A DNA stretch of 64,000 nt from Methanomassiliicoccaceae archaeon (GTDB lineage: Archaea > Thermoplasmatota > Thermoplasmata > Methanomassiliicoccales > UBA472), in assembly GCA_963789555.1 (NCBI GenBank), contig CAWBKY010000004.1:7182-71181 (forward strand). Reading direction: 5' to 3'. Below, piece by piece: positions 11,801 through 22,401 of this stretch; positions within the stretch are counted from its first letter, which is position 1; every line of letters starts with the position of its first letter. The notes below the pieces were generated by a model. That model was not told the origin of the DNA. It worked only from the letters and a program-made list of their open reading frames with translations, and made no database searches. Both the position numbers and the translations under genes were made by a program.

Positions 11801-12150
11801 GCGGGAGGAGGCCTCGAAGGGCAAGGAGCACCAACGACTCCATCGTGACCGCGGTGGGCAAGACCGGCGCCATCATCACCGCCTGCGGGCTGATCATGGC
11901 CGGCGCGTTCGGGACCATGATGCTCTCCGAAGGCTGGCTGCTGCGGGAGTTCGGCTTCGCCCTCATGTTCGCCATCTTGCTGGACGCGCTGGTCGTGCGC
12001 ATCTACCTCGTGCCGGCGATCATGTCCCTGCTGGGGAAGTGGAACTGGTGGGCGCCAGGGCGGCTGCAGCGGACCAAGATAACGCAACGGAAGCAGGTGG
12101 ATGAGGACGATTGGATCAAGAAGGCGCTGGAGGAGGAGAATCGTAATTAG
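8808..12150 (+). CDS. MMPL/RND-family transporter (several frameshifts)
   Basis: 'LGAGCDYCIFILSRYREE' and 'GLGMDYDILLSTRVREE', 'LGKWNWWAP', two TM repeats with large external domains. Confidence 0.85.
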
Positions 12151-12353
12151 TGTGGAATGCACCCGTCGGGAAGCGATCGTGAGCTTAGTCAGCCATGTCG
12201 ATGTCGGTGGCTATGACGAGGTATATCGCTTTAGGGCCCAACTGAAGGACCGAGAACGAGGGCAGCCCTGCAGGTATGGTCCCAACCAATGCGACCCCCA
12301 AAGTCTCCCAAATAGTCAGCGCCAGACCGAACAAGAGACCCTTGGAGTTCCAC

Positions 12354-14726
12354 TCATTGGAACCCCAGCGCTACTCGGAAGCGCTCCGCGCCAGTCAGAA
12401 GGTGGTCCGCGTTCAGCGCCGCCTCATCCACATCCAGCTCGACCCAGTTCACCTGGCCGGTGAAGGCGTTCCCCTTGGCCCCGTAGTCCGGGGACACCGG
12501 CGAACCCAATTCCTCCCCTAGGTCGATGGTCTCGTCCGCGGAGAAGGCGAACGGCTCGGTGATGTCCACGCGCCCCTCCCCCACCTTCCTGCCATCTATG
12601 AAGAGGGACACATCCCCTCCCTTGGCCAGGCCCCCGCCGTCATAGGCGAACTCCATCCGCACCTGGTGCTTGCCCGTCGGGATGTCCTCTGTTCCCTCGA
12701 TGAAGAACCGCCTGATGCCGCAAAAGTTGTAGCAGTATTTTGGCTTCCCGCCCTTGGCATAGAGGCTGAACCCGCCCGAGATCCCGCCCCAGGCGAAGAT
12801 CACACCCTCCACGCCGGGCTTGGGCACTATCACCTCGGCGGTGATGGCGTGCGATTTGTTGTAGGTGCTGATCACCGAACCGGCGGAGATCCCCTTCATC
12901 CCGCCGAAGAACAGCTGCTTGTTCCCGCGGATCAGCTGCGGCCGGCCGGCTATGTCCGGGTTCAGGCGCTCCGACATGCGGTCGTCGAGCGGTATGACGT
13001 TGTACTTGGCCGCCTCGATCAGCCAGAGGCGCTTGAGATGCTCAAGCTTGTCGGGAAACTCCTTGGATAGGTCGTGCGCCTGCGTCCAGTCCTTGCTGGT
13101 GTCGTACAGCTCCCAAACGTCCTCATCGAAGGGGATGGTCTTTATGGCTCCAGTGGTCCATGGGGTGCGGTGCTTGGTTACCGCCGTCCAACCCTTGTGG
13201 TAGATGCCGCGGTTGCCGATGATCTCGAAGTATTGAGTCTCATGACGGTCGGACGCCTGGGCGTCGTCGAAGGAGTAGAGCATGCTCACGCCCTCATACG
13301 GCTTCTGCTGCGTGCCGTTGACGAAGGCTGGCTGGGGCAGCCCTGCCACCTCCAGGAGGGTCGGCGCGATGTCGATGACATGATGGAACTGCGAGCGCAA
13401 CCCTCCCTTGGCCTTGATCCCCTTCGGCCAATGCACGATAGTGGCGTTGCGCGTGCCTCCGAAGTGGGATGCGACCTGCTTCGTCCATTGGTAGGGGGTG
13501 TTCATCGCATGCGCCCATCCCACCGCATAATGGTTGTACGCCTCTGGTCCGCCGAACTTGTCGATATTCTGCTTCATGAAGTCTATGGTCTCCAGATGGC
13601 CAAAGCCGTTCATCGATAGCATCTCGTTGAACGTACCCTGCAACGTACCCTCCGCGGATGCTCCATTATCGCCGATGATGTAGAAGACGAGGGTGTCGTC
13701 CAGAATCTCCAGCTCCTCCAAGGTGTCGATTAGCCTCCCGACATGGTGGTCGGTGTGCTCCAGGAACCCGGCGTATATCTCCATCTCCCGGGAGAGGATG
13801 GGCTTAAGCTCCGGGTCGATGGCGTCCCATGCCGGCATCTCCGTGTGGCGCTTGGTCAGGTCGCAGTCCGGCGGGACTATGCCCATGCGCTTCTGCCGGG
13901 CGAAGGTCTCCTCACGCAGCTTGTCCCAGCCCTGGTCGAACATGCCCTTGTACTTGGCCGACCATTCCTTCGGCACATGATGCGGGGCGTGTGTCGCCCC
14001 TGGCGCGAAGTAGACGAAGAAGGGCTTGTCGGGCATGAGGGCCTTCTGCCTCTGCACCCATCTGATGGCCTTGTCCGCCAAATCCTCCGTGAGATGGTAC
14101 CCCTCCTCAGGAGTCCTGGACGGCTCGACCTGGGTGGTGCCCTCGTACAACGAGGGATAGTACTGATTGGTCTCGGCGCAGATGAAGCCGTAGAAGTACT
14201 CGAATCCGCTGCCAGTCGGCCAGCGTTCGTACGGCCCGGCGGGGCTGGTCTCCCAACCTGGCACCTCGTGGCATTTGCCGAACTGGGCGGTGGCGTAGCC
14301 GTTGAGCTTCAGCGTCTCGGCCACAGGGGCGCAGCTCTTGGGCCGGATGGAGCAGTTGCCCGGCGCGGAGGTGGCCATCTCGGTGATGCCGCCCATGCCC
14401 ACGGAGTGGTGATTGCGCCCGGTCAGCAGGGCCTGACGCGTCGGTGAGCATAGCGCCGTAGTGTGGAAGCGGTTGTACTTCAGGCCGTTAGTGGCTAAGC
14501 GCTCTGCCGTGGGCATGCGGACCGGCCCACCAAAGACGGCCGAGGCCCCGAAGCCCACGTCATCGATCAGGACAATAAGGATGTTGGGCGCGCCCTTGGG
14601 CGGCCGCAGCGGCTCGATCGGCGGATACCTGGTATCCGGGTCCTTGGCATCGAAAGTGGTCATCCCGACTTGCTGCTTGTCAGGAATCGGCAGGACCTCG
14701 CGCAATAACTCTTCCATGTTACCCAT
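12354..14726 (-). CDS. Arylsulfatase (Cys-type, about 790 aa)
   Basis: 'PNILIVLIDDVG', CxPxR signature 'LCSPTRQALLTGR', 'GKCH' and 'GDNG'. Confidence 0.92.
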   Translation of the reverse strand: MGNMEELLREVLPIPDKQQVGMTTFDAKDPDTRYPPIEPLRPPKGAPNILIVLIDDVGFGASAVFGGPVRMPTAERLATNGLKYNRFHTTALCSPTRQALLTGRNHHSVGMGGITEMATSAPGNCSIRPKSCAPVAETLKLNGYATAQFGKCHEVPGWETSPAGPYERWPTGSGFEYFYGFICAETNQYYPSLYEGTTQVEPSRTPEEGYHLTEDLADKAIRWVQRQKALMPDKPFFVYFAPGATHAPHHVPKEWSAKYKGMFDQGWDKLREETFARQKRMGIVPPDCDLTKRHTEMPAWDAIDPELKPILSREMEIYAGFLEHTDHHVGRLIDTLEELEILDDTLVFYIIGDNGASAEGTLQGTFNEMLSMNGFGHLETIDFMKQNIDKFGGPEAYNHYAVGWAHAMNTPYQWTKQVASHFGGTRNATIVHWPKGIKAKGGLRSQFHHVIDIAPTLLEVAGLPQPAFVNGTQQKPYEGVSMLYSFDDAQASDRHETQYFEIIGNRGIYHKGWTAVTKHRTPWTTGAIKTIPFDEDVWELYDTSKDWTQAHDLSKEFPDKLEHLKRLWLIEAAKYNVIPLDDRMSERLNPDIAGRPQLIRGNKQLFFGGMKGISAGSVISTYNKSHAITAEVIVPKPGVEGVIFAWGGISGGFSLYAKGGKPKYCYNFCGIRRFFIEGTEDIPTGKHQVRMEFAYDGGGLAKGGDVSLFIDGRKVGEGRVDITEPFAFSADETIDLGEELGSPVSPDYGAKGNAFTGQVNWVELDVDEAALNADHLLTGAERFRVALGFQ

Positions 14727-14988
14727 GCTTTTTCCCCCTCTTGATATATGGACGCCTGAGGCCTCGGTCCGGAGCCTGTGCGGTTACAGCCCATGCAACC
14801 GACCTGGAAGAAATCATCGATCTGCGGCCGGACGAATAACTCAGAGACGTTCCCTCACTCCCCGTTCAGGGAAGAATGGGCAAAGAAGAACTCGGCTCAA
14901 TGAACGAAGACGACGATGGCATTGGTGGACAGTCGACCGTTGAAGCATCTTCTCTGCAAGGCTAAACCTTAGCTCCCCCTTAACGAAG

Positions 14989-15008
14989 ATACTGTCTAGA
15001 GACAGTAT
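14989..15008. repeat. Inverted repeat ATACTGTCT-AG-AGACAGTAT
   Basis: 9-2-9 palindrome just upstream of the integrase remnant. Confidence 0.5.
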
Positions 15009-15033
15009 AATAACTCTCCCCTGATGAGATACA

Positions 15034-15438
15034 ATGATCATTACAGACTGGGTCAGGGCTGGAGCAGCGCAGGAGGATTTAGCGATGACGGACCGGGACG
15101 GCTCGGCTTACCTAGTGCCGAACTTGGGTGTAAAGGAGGACAGCCCGTACTCCAGTAACCACTTGCGCACGCTCAAGAAGGAGCTGGCGGAGGTTGCCGG
15201 GGTGGAATTCCGCCCCAAGGACTTCCGCAGCACCTTCGCCAGCCTTACCTTGAAGAAGGACCTGGCGCTCTTGGTGGACATATCGCGACAGCTTGGGCAT
15301 GGTTCCCATGGACATCACGCAGCGCTTCTATGCGAGCATAGAGGCGAGCGACGCGGGAGATCGGCTCTGCAAGGCATGGACCGAAGAGGCCAAGCCAGCA
15401 TCCGAAATATCGAAAATTGCAAAAAATGTTTTGATTAA
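15034..15438 (+). pseudogene. Tyrosine recombinase/integrase C-terminal remnant
   Basis: 'RPKDFRSTFA', 'ISRQLGH' and, after a frameshift, 'DITQRFYA' (catalytic Tyr). N-terminal part absent. Confidence 0.75.
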
Positions 15439-15589
15439 GGAAAAAGAATATTTGTCTGGATATGCGTTGTAGTGCTCCCATCTGGGAGTGAACCCAGGTC
15501 AATTAACCATCCAGGAATAGTGGTCAAATGGGAACTCATGATGACAATAAGGTTCGGGGAAACGAAGGAACTTGAAAAGGCTGCTGAGC

Positions 15590-16132
15590 TCATCCCCATC
15601 TCTTGTACAGATGGTGCTCGATGCCCAATTGGTCCATGATCTTCCCGACCACGAAGTCCACCATGTCCTGCACCGTCTGAGGCTGGTGATAGAACCCCGG
15701 GCTCGCCGGCAGTATCGTCGCCCCCGCCCTGCTCAAGCGCAGCTCGTTCTCGATCATGATGGCGCTCAGCGGCGTCTCGCGGGGCACGATGATGAGCTTC
15801 CTCCCTTCCTTCATGCACACCGCCGCCGCCCTGGTGATCAAGGTGTCGGCCACCCCGGAGGCGATCTTGCCCAACGTCGACTCGGAGCAGGGGCAGATGA
15901 CCATGGCGTCGAACTTATAACTGCCCGATGCTATCGGTGCGAACAGGTCGCCGTCCTGGTACACCGCGTCCGCCATGGCCTCCACCGCTTGCAGCGAGGC
16001 GCCGGTCTCGTGGGCCAGAAGTCGCTTGGCCATGTCCGACATGACCAACACCTTCTCCGACGGCAGGGCCTCCAACAGGCGCAACCCGTAAGGCATCCCG
16101 GAGGAACCGGTCATGGCGACGACGCATCTCAT
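15590..16132 (-). CDS. ubiX: Flavin prenyltransferase UbiX
   Basis: 'AMTGSSG', 'APIASGS', 'VPRETPL' and 'PASPGFY'. Confidence 0.92.
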   Translation of the reverse strand: MRCVVAMTGSSGMPYGLRLLEALPSEKVLVMSDMAKRLLAHETGASLQAVEAMADAVYQDGDLFAPIASGSYKFDAMVICPCSESTLGKIASGVADTLITRAAAVCMKEGRKLIIVPRETPLSAIMIENELRLSRAGATILPASPGFYHQPQTVQDMVDFVVGKIMDQLGIEHHLYKRWG

Positions 16133-16287
16133 CGGCCTGCGAAGACAGGCGCCGGTATATGAACGCTATGGCCGAGCCACATGGGCCAGCGTCATGGGAA
16201 ACCGTTATATATGAGCACCATATTAGAGGGCGACAGCGTGCCATTGGACAATATAAAAGTGGTAATGCTGGAAGAGGATTGATCGAT

Positions 16288-16713
16288 ATGGTTACAGTCT
16301 ATGACGTGCCCTCTGAGAAGCTGATCGCGAAGGCCGCGGGGAAGCTGAAGGAGATAAATGGCATCACCCCGCCCGAATGGGCGGACTTCGTAAAGACCGG
16401 AAGGCACACTGAGAAGGCCCCCACCCAGGTTGACTGGTGGTACACCAGGGCCGCCTCCGTGCTCAGGAAGGTCTACACCAAGGGTCCCATCGGGACCTCC
16501 AGGCTGGCCGCCGAGTACGGTGGTTTCGCTGACCGCGGTTCCCGTCCGAACCACGCCGTCAAGGGAAGCCGCTCCATCGCGCGCAAATGCCTGATGCAGC
16601 TTGAGTCCTCCGGCCTGGTGGCCAAGGACAAGAACAACGGCCGCATCGTCACCGCCAAGGGCCAGGCCCTTCTGGACGCCGCCGCCAAAGAAGTGATGGA
16701 CGAGAGCAAGTAA
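16288..16713 (+). CDS. rps19e: 30S ribosomal protein S19e
   Basis: 'MVTVYDVP', 'PEWADFVKTG' and 'DWWYTRAASVLRKVY'. Confidence 0.97.
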   Translation: MVTVYDVPSEKLIAKAAGKLKEINGITPPEWADFVKTGRHTEKAPTQVDWWYTRAASVLRKVYTKGPIGTSRLAAEYGGFADRGSRPNHAVKGSRSIARKCLMQLESSGLVAKDKNNGRIVTAKGQALLDAAAKEVMDESK

Positions 16714-16727
16714 AGGAGGGATGGATC

Positions 16728-17058
16728 GTGGAGGACGACGAACTGGAGATGCTTCGCCGCAAGAAGATGCAAGACCTTCAGCAGCAGCAGGGCCAGGCCG
16801 TGATGGCGCAGGAACAGGAGCGCCAGTACGAGGCACAGAAGCAAGCCATCCTCCGACAGATCCTCACCCCCGAGGCGCGCGACCGTCTGGCCAATGTGAA
16901 GATGGCCTACCCGGACGTGGCGCGCATGGTAGAGGACCAGCTCATACGGCTCGCGCAGGCGGGGCAGATCACCAAGCCCCTGGACGAGCCGACCTTGAAG
17001 CAGATCCTTAAGGAAGGTCGCCCCGCAGAAGAGGGAGATCAGCATTGAGAGGGTATGA
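16728..17058 (+). CDS. PDCD5-like DNA-binding protein (frameshift near the 3' end)
   Basis: '[18 protein letters not shown]'. Conserved position between rps19e and rpl39e. Confidence 0.9.
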
Positions 17059-17063
17059 TTATT

Positions 17064-17219
17064 ATGTCACGCAACAAGCCGACAGCGATGAAGAGACGTT
17101 TGATGAAGAAGGTCAACCAGAACCGCCGTGTCCCAGCATGGGTCATGATGCGGACCAACCGCACCTTCGTGCGCCACCCGCACCGCCGCAACTGGAGATC
17201 CAGCAACCTGAAGGAGTGA
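17064..17219 (+). CDS. rpl39e: 50S ribosomal protein L39e (not in the ORF track)
   Basis: Translates as [51 protein letters not shown]. Confidence 0.95.
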   Translation: MSRNKPTAMKRRLMKKVNQNRRVPAWVMMRTNRTFVRHPHRRNWRSSNLKE

Positions 17220-17225
17220 GCAGAA

Positions 17226-17501
17226 ATGGCAGAAGAGAAGGAAACAATGGTCATCTACAACGTGCCGCTCCGCAAGGCCAAGACCGTAGCCTATACGCAT
17301 AGGGCCGAGAAGGCCGTCAAGGTGGTCCGTGAGTACGTCATGAGGCACACCAAGTCCACCGAGGACAAGGTCTGGATCGATGGTAAGGTCAACGAGGCCC
17401 TGTGGTCCCGCAGCATCCAGAAGCCCCCGACCCACATCAAGCTCAAGGTGGTCAAGTTCGAGGATGGCCTGGTCGAGGTCTCCCTTCCGGAAGAGCAATG
17501 A
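17226..17501 (+). CDS. rpl31e: 50S ribosomal protein L31e
   Basis: 'IYNVPLR', 'RAEKAVK' and 'VNEALWSRSIQKPP'. Confidence 0.95.
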   Translation: MAEEKETMVIYNVPLRKAKTVAYTHRAEKAVKVVREYVMRHTKSTEDKVWIDGKVNEALWSRSIQKPPTHIKLKVVKFEDGLVEVSLPEEQ

Positions 17502-17515
17502 TCGGTGCTACCGGC

Positions 17516-18175
17516 ATGCTTAAACTCTCTTCCTACAACGGCGTGGAGTTCCTTGGGGTCTATTGTCGTGCGAACGAGGAGTTCGCCCTCGTCCCCAACG
17601 ATGCCTCCATCGACCTGATCGAGGACCTCAAGGAGGCCTTGGGCGTGGAGGTGGAGCATTCCACCATCGCCGGCACCAACCTGAACGGGGCGTTGCTGGC
17701 CATGAACTCCTACGGGGCGGTGGTGACCTCGATGGCCACCAACGCCGAGGTGGAACGCCTTTCCAAGCACATCACGGTCGCCCGCCTGGACGACCGTCTG
17801 AACGCCGCAGGCAACAACATCCTGGTCAACGATAAGGGCGCCGTCATCAATCCAGAGATGCATCCCGATTCGTTCCGCCTCATCGAGGAGGTCCTTCAGG
17901 TCGAGGCGGTCCAGATGTCGGTGGCCGGGCACAAGACCGTGGGCTCGGTCTGCGTGGCCACCAACAAGGGCGTGCTCTGTCATCCCGAGACCAAACGGGA
18001 CGATGTGGAGACGCTGCGCTCCATCTTCAAGGTGCCTTGCGCCATCGGTACCCTGAACTATGGGTCGCCCATGGTCGGCGCGGGCATATTGGCCAATTCC
18101 AAGGGAGGCGTGGTCGGTTACCGTTCCACGCCCATCGAGCTCGGAAGGACCGAGGACGCGCTGGTACTGTTCTAA
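17516..18175 (+). CDS. eif6: Translation initiation factor aIF-6
   Basis: 'LGVYCRANE', 'NAAGNNILVND' and 'GTLNYGSPMVGAG'. Canonical operon position. Confidence 0.95.
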   Translation: MLKLSSYNGVEFLGVYCRANEEFALVPNDASIDLIEDLKEALGVEVEHSTIAGTNLNGALLAMNSYGAVVTSMATNAEVERLSKHITVARLDDRLNAAGNNILVNDKGAVINPEMHPDSFRLIEEVLQVEAVQMSVAGHKTVGSVCVATNKGVLCHPETKRDDVETLRSIFKVPCAIGTLNYGSPMVGAGILANSKGGVVGYRSTPIELGRTEDALVLF

Positions 18176-18178
18176 GCG

Positions 18179-18814
18179 TCAAGGGGAGAAGACCCAGTAT
18201 TCCATCTTCTCCGGGAGCTCGTCCCGGTGGAACTCCACTTCGTTGCCGACGCGGATCACCCGGTCCTCAGGCAGTCCCTTCAGGAACGGCTCCACCCCTT
18301 GGATGGAGAGCGAGAGGCCCCCGATGCGGAAGTGCATGGGCACGGCGATGCGCGGCCTGACCTTTTCGATGAGGCGTTTGGCCCCCTCGGCGTCCAGCGT
18401 GAAAACCCCGCCCACCGGTACGAACAGGACGTCGACCTCGCCCAACCTCTCCACCATCTCGTCCGTGAGCACATGGCCCAGGTCGCCGCAATGGCAGAAA
18501 CTTAACCCATCCAGTATGAACTTGAAGACCACTATCTTGCCCCGCTTGGCGCCCTGTTCCTGGTCATGGAAGGCGGATATGCCATGGATGGGCACCCCCC
18601 TCTCGATCCTGTCGCCAGGGTCTCGAACGGTGGTGTAATCGCCCTTCACCATCCGGGTGCAGTTGTGATCGAAATGGTCGTGGCTCACCAGCACCAGGTC
18701 CGCCTTCAAGATCGGTGGCTTGATGCCGATGGACTTGCCATCGTGCGGGTCGGTGATGACCACGGCACCGTCCCTGACCTCGAAGCAGGAGTGCCCATGC
18801 CAGATGATCCTCAT
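18179..18814 (-). CDS. MBL-fold metallo-hydrolase
   Basis: 'WHGHSCF', 'VSHDHFDH', 'HCGDLG' and 'VPMHF'. Confidence 0.9.
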   Translation of the reverse strand: MRIIWHGHSCFEVRDGAVVITDPHDGKSIGIKPPILKADLVLVSHDHFDHNCTRMVKGDYTTVRDPGDRIERGVPIHGISAFHDQEQGAKRGKIVVFKFILDGLSFCHCGDLGHVLTDEMVERLGEVDVLFVPVGGVFTLDAEGAKRLIEKVRPRIAVPMHFRIGGLSLSIQGVEPFLKGLPEDRVIRVGNEVEFHRDELPEKMEYWVFSP

Positions 18815-19719
18815 GCCGTTCCCCTGATCTCCGATGGCTCGAACTCCGTACCGCAGGCCGGGCATTTGCTGTCCTGGACGCCGACGCGCTCATGGCAGCG
18901 GGGGCAGACCTCCACCACCACCTCCTTCACCACCACATCCTCATCGCCCATGGCCTCGATGTCCCAGTTTATGGTGAGCTTGCCCAGGCCGGCGGTCAAC
19001 ATCGCCGCCGCCACTATGCCCAAGCCCCACTGGCCCACCGACTCCAGGGAGTCCCCTGCGACCAGCAGGGTGGCCAGATAGATGATGATGCCCCCTTGCA
19101 GGACCAGCAGGAAGGCCACGTCCTTGCGGGAGCGCAGATTGAAGTTCCAGGTGAAGAAGCGCGGACGCTTCGTCGTGAACGGTTGGTTGGTCTCCAGGAC
19201 CACAGATTCCTCGACCGGCAGCTGCACATCCTCCTCCAAAGGCTCGAGGTCCTCCACCTCCATCACTTCGGTGACCTCCGAGGCCGGGACGGTCGTTTCA
19301 GGTTGCGTCGCAAGGACCGCCGCCGCGGCCAGCTCTGGCTTCGCCTCCGGTGTGACAGGTGCCTGCGGTTCCGGAATGGCCTCGACCTTCGGTTCCGGTC
19401 TCGCCTCGACCGGCGCCGGCTCGGGCGGTGCCTGCTTCGCCACCGCGGCGGCCGCGACCACCGCGGCCGCGGCCGGCTCGGCCCGGTCCTTGCGCTCCAC
19501 CGCATCCTTCTTCACGATGGTGGACTCGATGCGCTTGGAGACGTCATCCGACACATCCGCTTTGGTGTCGACCTTGTTCAGGCTCTCCAAGGCGTCGATC
19601 TGCTGGTCCCATTTGTCCTCTTCCTCGAAACGTTGACCGCAGAAGTCGCACTGCCTCGCCGTGGGCTTGTTCCTCAGGCCGCAACGGGAGCATTCCTTGA
19701 AGCCGCCTTTTTTCTCCAT
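18811..19719 (-). CDS. Hypothetical membrane protein with N- and C-terminal zinc ribbons
   Basis: CSRC..CDFC, Ala/Pro/Glu-rich linker, two TM helices, CPRC..CPAC. ATGA overlap with the MBL gene. Confidence 0.75.
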   Translation of the reverse strand: MEKKGGFKECSRCGLRNKPTARQCDFCGQRFEEEDKWDQQIDALESLNKVDTKADVSDDVSKRIESTIVKKDAVERKDRAEPAAAAVVAAAAVAKQAPPEPAPVEARPEPKVEAIPEPQAPVTPEAKPELAAAAVLATQPETTVPASEVTEVMEVEDLEPLEEDVQLPVEESVVLETNQPFTTKRPRFFTWNFNLRSRKDVAFLLVLQGGIIIYLATLLVAGDSLESVGQWGLGIVAAAMLTAGLGKLTINWDIEAMGDEDVVVKEVVVEVCPRCHERVGVQDSKCPACGTEFEPSEIRGTA

Positions 19720-19911
19720 CCTTTATCAAAATTGAAAACATACTTCTGAATTATAATGGTTTGGAGGTGGTTGCGGGAAATGGAAATAAGCGTCCAGATA
19801 CAAACGGCATTATCGCCGCCGCGATGTCGGGATGATTATTCCCCGATGGAATCTGAACATAACTGATATGAACGCTCAGCTGTATATGGTGGGCCGTCGA
19901 CGGACTGGAAC

Positions 19912-21076
19912 GTGGCTGACGTGAAGGTGCTCGTTCTTTGTGTGGACCGGGATGACGACTTCGGGTCGAAGACCGGTCTCAAGGGCCCGTTCGTGGGCAG
20001 GCAGAAGAACATAGAGGCAGCCCTGGCCCTAGGCCTGAAGGACCCGGAGGACTCGGACGTGAACACCCTCCTGGCGGCCATCGGCATCTACGAGGAGATG
20101 CTGAAGAAGGGCATAGACGCCGAGATCGCCTGCATACTGGGCGACGTGAAGGTAGGGTACGAATCCGACCTCGTCCTCGTAAATCAGTTGGAGGCGGTCA
20201 TCGAGCAGGTCAAGCCGGACCGGGCGGTGCTCGTCTCCGACGGGGCGGAGGACGAGTTCATCTATCCCATGGTATTCTCCCGGGTCAAGGTGGACTCGGT
20301 GCGCCGGGTCTACATCAAGCAGGCACCGACCGTGGAGAGCACCTACTACACCATGGTCAAGATGATGAAGGATGACAAGATCCGCAAGCGGATACTCACC
20401 CCCATCGGCCTCATCTTCTTGGTCATCGGAATATTCTCGCTCATCCCCAAGTTCTTGGCGCTGGCCAGCCAGCCGGACGATCTGGACGTGATCGCCAGCC
20501 TTACCTGGGGCATGCTCTCGCTCGTCATCGGACTGTACCTGTTGGCATATGCTTACAAGGTGGGGGAGCGGACGCGATCGGGCGTGGGTCGCATGGTGCG
20601 CGCGGTGCGCTCGGGAAGCCAGATGATCCCCTTCATCATCGTCTCCATCCATACTGCTCATCATCGGGCTGTTCCTCGGCTATAGCTACGCCAATGAGGA
20701 CCCTAACCTGGACCTGGCGGTGCGCTCCCTGCTCTTCGTGGAAGGGGTGCTCTGGCTCTGGGTGTTCTCCATTTTGACCTATGAGACCGGACGGTTCGTC
20801 AGCTACTATCTATCCAATGGCAGATACTACTGGCCCCATGTGGTGGTCGGTCTGACCGTCCTGGCCAGCGGGTTCATAATCCAGGGGGCGGTGGACTCCA
20901 TCCTCCTATTCCTCAAGGAGTACCGCGTATCCACCACCGTGGTGGTCCTGGAGTTCCTGGCGGGCTTCCTGTTCCTAGCCTTCAGCGCCATCATGAACGT
21001 CACGCTGCGCAACCTGTCGCAGACGGCGCATGTGGTCACCGAGCAGAAGGACATGATCGAGTACCCGGAAGCGTGA
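19912..21076 (+). CDS. DUF373 family membrane protein (frameshift at about 20650)
   Basis: 'LVLCVDRDDD', 'DPEDSDVN', 'VSDGAEDE' and 'VRRVYIKQA'. Confidence 0.85.
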
Positions 21077-21083
21077 ACCAGAC

Positions 21084-21756
21084 ATGGATTTCGAGGACTG
21101 GTCCCCGTGGTACGAGGCCATCCTGGAGGACTTCGGCTTCGACCGGGAGAGGGACGAGGGGTCGGCCCGCAGCCTGGCCGCCATGGTGCCGCTGGAGCAG
21201 CTATGTCGTCCCGCACGTCTTCGCTAAAGATCAGGAAGGAGGTGACCGTATGCGCCAACGGGCCCTCCGCTGGACGGAAGGTTGCATCTCATCGACACCA
21301 AAAGCACCATAATCTCGGCCGGTCCGGCCACCACCGTACTTTATGAGAGCGGGATCCAGACCGGACATCCTCGTCACCGATCTGGACGGTCCCATCGAGG
21401 CAGACCTGCGGTGCAATCCAGGAAGGCAGCGTCGCCGTCATCCACGCCCACGGGGACAACCTGGACTCGATTGGTGGAGCTGGTGCCTCGATTCCTACGG
21501 TCCGATCATCCCTACCACCCAAGCCGCGCCCTCGGCCGGACATATTCAATTTCGGTGGTTTCACCGATGGTGATAGGGCGGTATGCCTGGCCCGCCATTT
21601 CGGCGCCAAGAGAGGTCCATCTGCTCGGATTCGATTTCGAGGAGCCCCGGCTGAAACCGGGCCAGGACCGGGATTTAAAATTGCGGAAGCTTCGCCTGGG
21701 CCCGCAAGATAATCTTCGACCTCAATCCCCCTGAGGTGGAGCTGTCGATGCTATGA
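21084..21756 (+). CDS. 6-hydroxymethylpterin diphosphokinase MptE-like protein (DUF115), heavily frameshifted
   Basis: Pieces 'WYEAILEDFGFD', 'VTDLDG', 'IHAHGDN', 'NFGGFTDGDRA' and 'LLGFDF' across frames. Confidence 0.75.
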
Positions 21757-22063
21757 CCCATTCCAGGTAGGGAGGATGCCCTCGGCGATCCCATAGCGGA
21801 CGATGCAAGGGACCTGGTAAGGATGGTGATCGCAATATGGACTCCTGGACAATGTGAAAGTCCAAGTCCCGTATCTTCATCAGGGCCATCCATTCCTCGG
21901 GCCGTTCCACCTGGCCCTCCCACCAATAGCTTGATTCGACCGGGAAGAGATTGGCGCAGGCGATAAGATGGGCATCCATCAGGTATGCGATGATGGTGCT
22001 CGGCGCACGGCTCGGTCCGGAAACGTGACCAAGACCGTTGAGCACATCATCGGTCATCACCAT
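21722..22063 (-). CDS. cutA: CutA divalent-cation tolerance protein (frameshifted)
   Basis: 'LIACANLFPVESSYWWEG' and 'HPPYLEWV'. Confidence 0.75.
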   Translation of the reverse strand: MVMTDDVLNGLGHVSGPSRAPSTIIAYLMDAHLIACANLFPVESSYWWEGQVERPEEWMALMKIRDLDFHIVQESILRSPSLPGPLHRPLWDRRGHPPYLEWVIASTAPPQGD

Positions 22064-22401
22064 GATGGATGTTACGGAGGTCGCTCGACTACTTAATTCA
22101 ACCACTCAAGTGCTTTTATTTCAAACTAAAGTACAACGGCTAAGCATCAACGAATTCCGTAGCCCGCTACGATTGTCATTATGCCTCTCGTTCAAGCTTT
22201 ATGTCAACAATAATCCGTTATTATCAGCATTTTCAGTGCATTTATGGCGATAATTAGAATAAATTGTTAAAATGCCTCTATCAAATCGACTTTTAACGAT
22301 TTTTTTGATACTGGATCGATACGTTTTTATTTCTGAAAACTAGTAACGTATTTATAGCGAAGAAGTGGTTCCAATTGTAATCTCCCGCTGTTTTGCGGAG
22401 G

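Noticed and set aside
15590-16132. Orphan ubiX as a novelty
   Set aside because: Stand-alone ubiX is common in archaea, supplying prFMN to UbiD-family enzymes encoded elsewhere.
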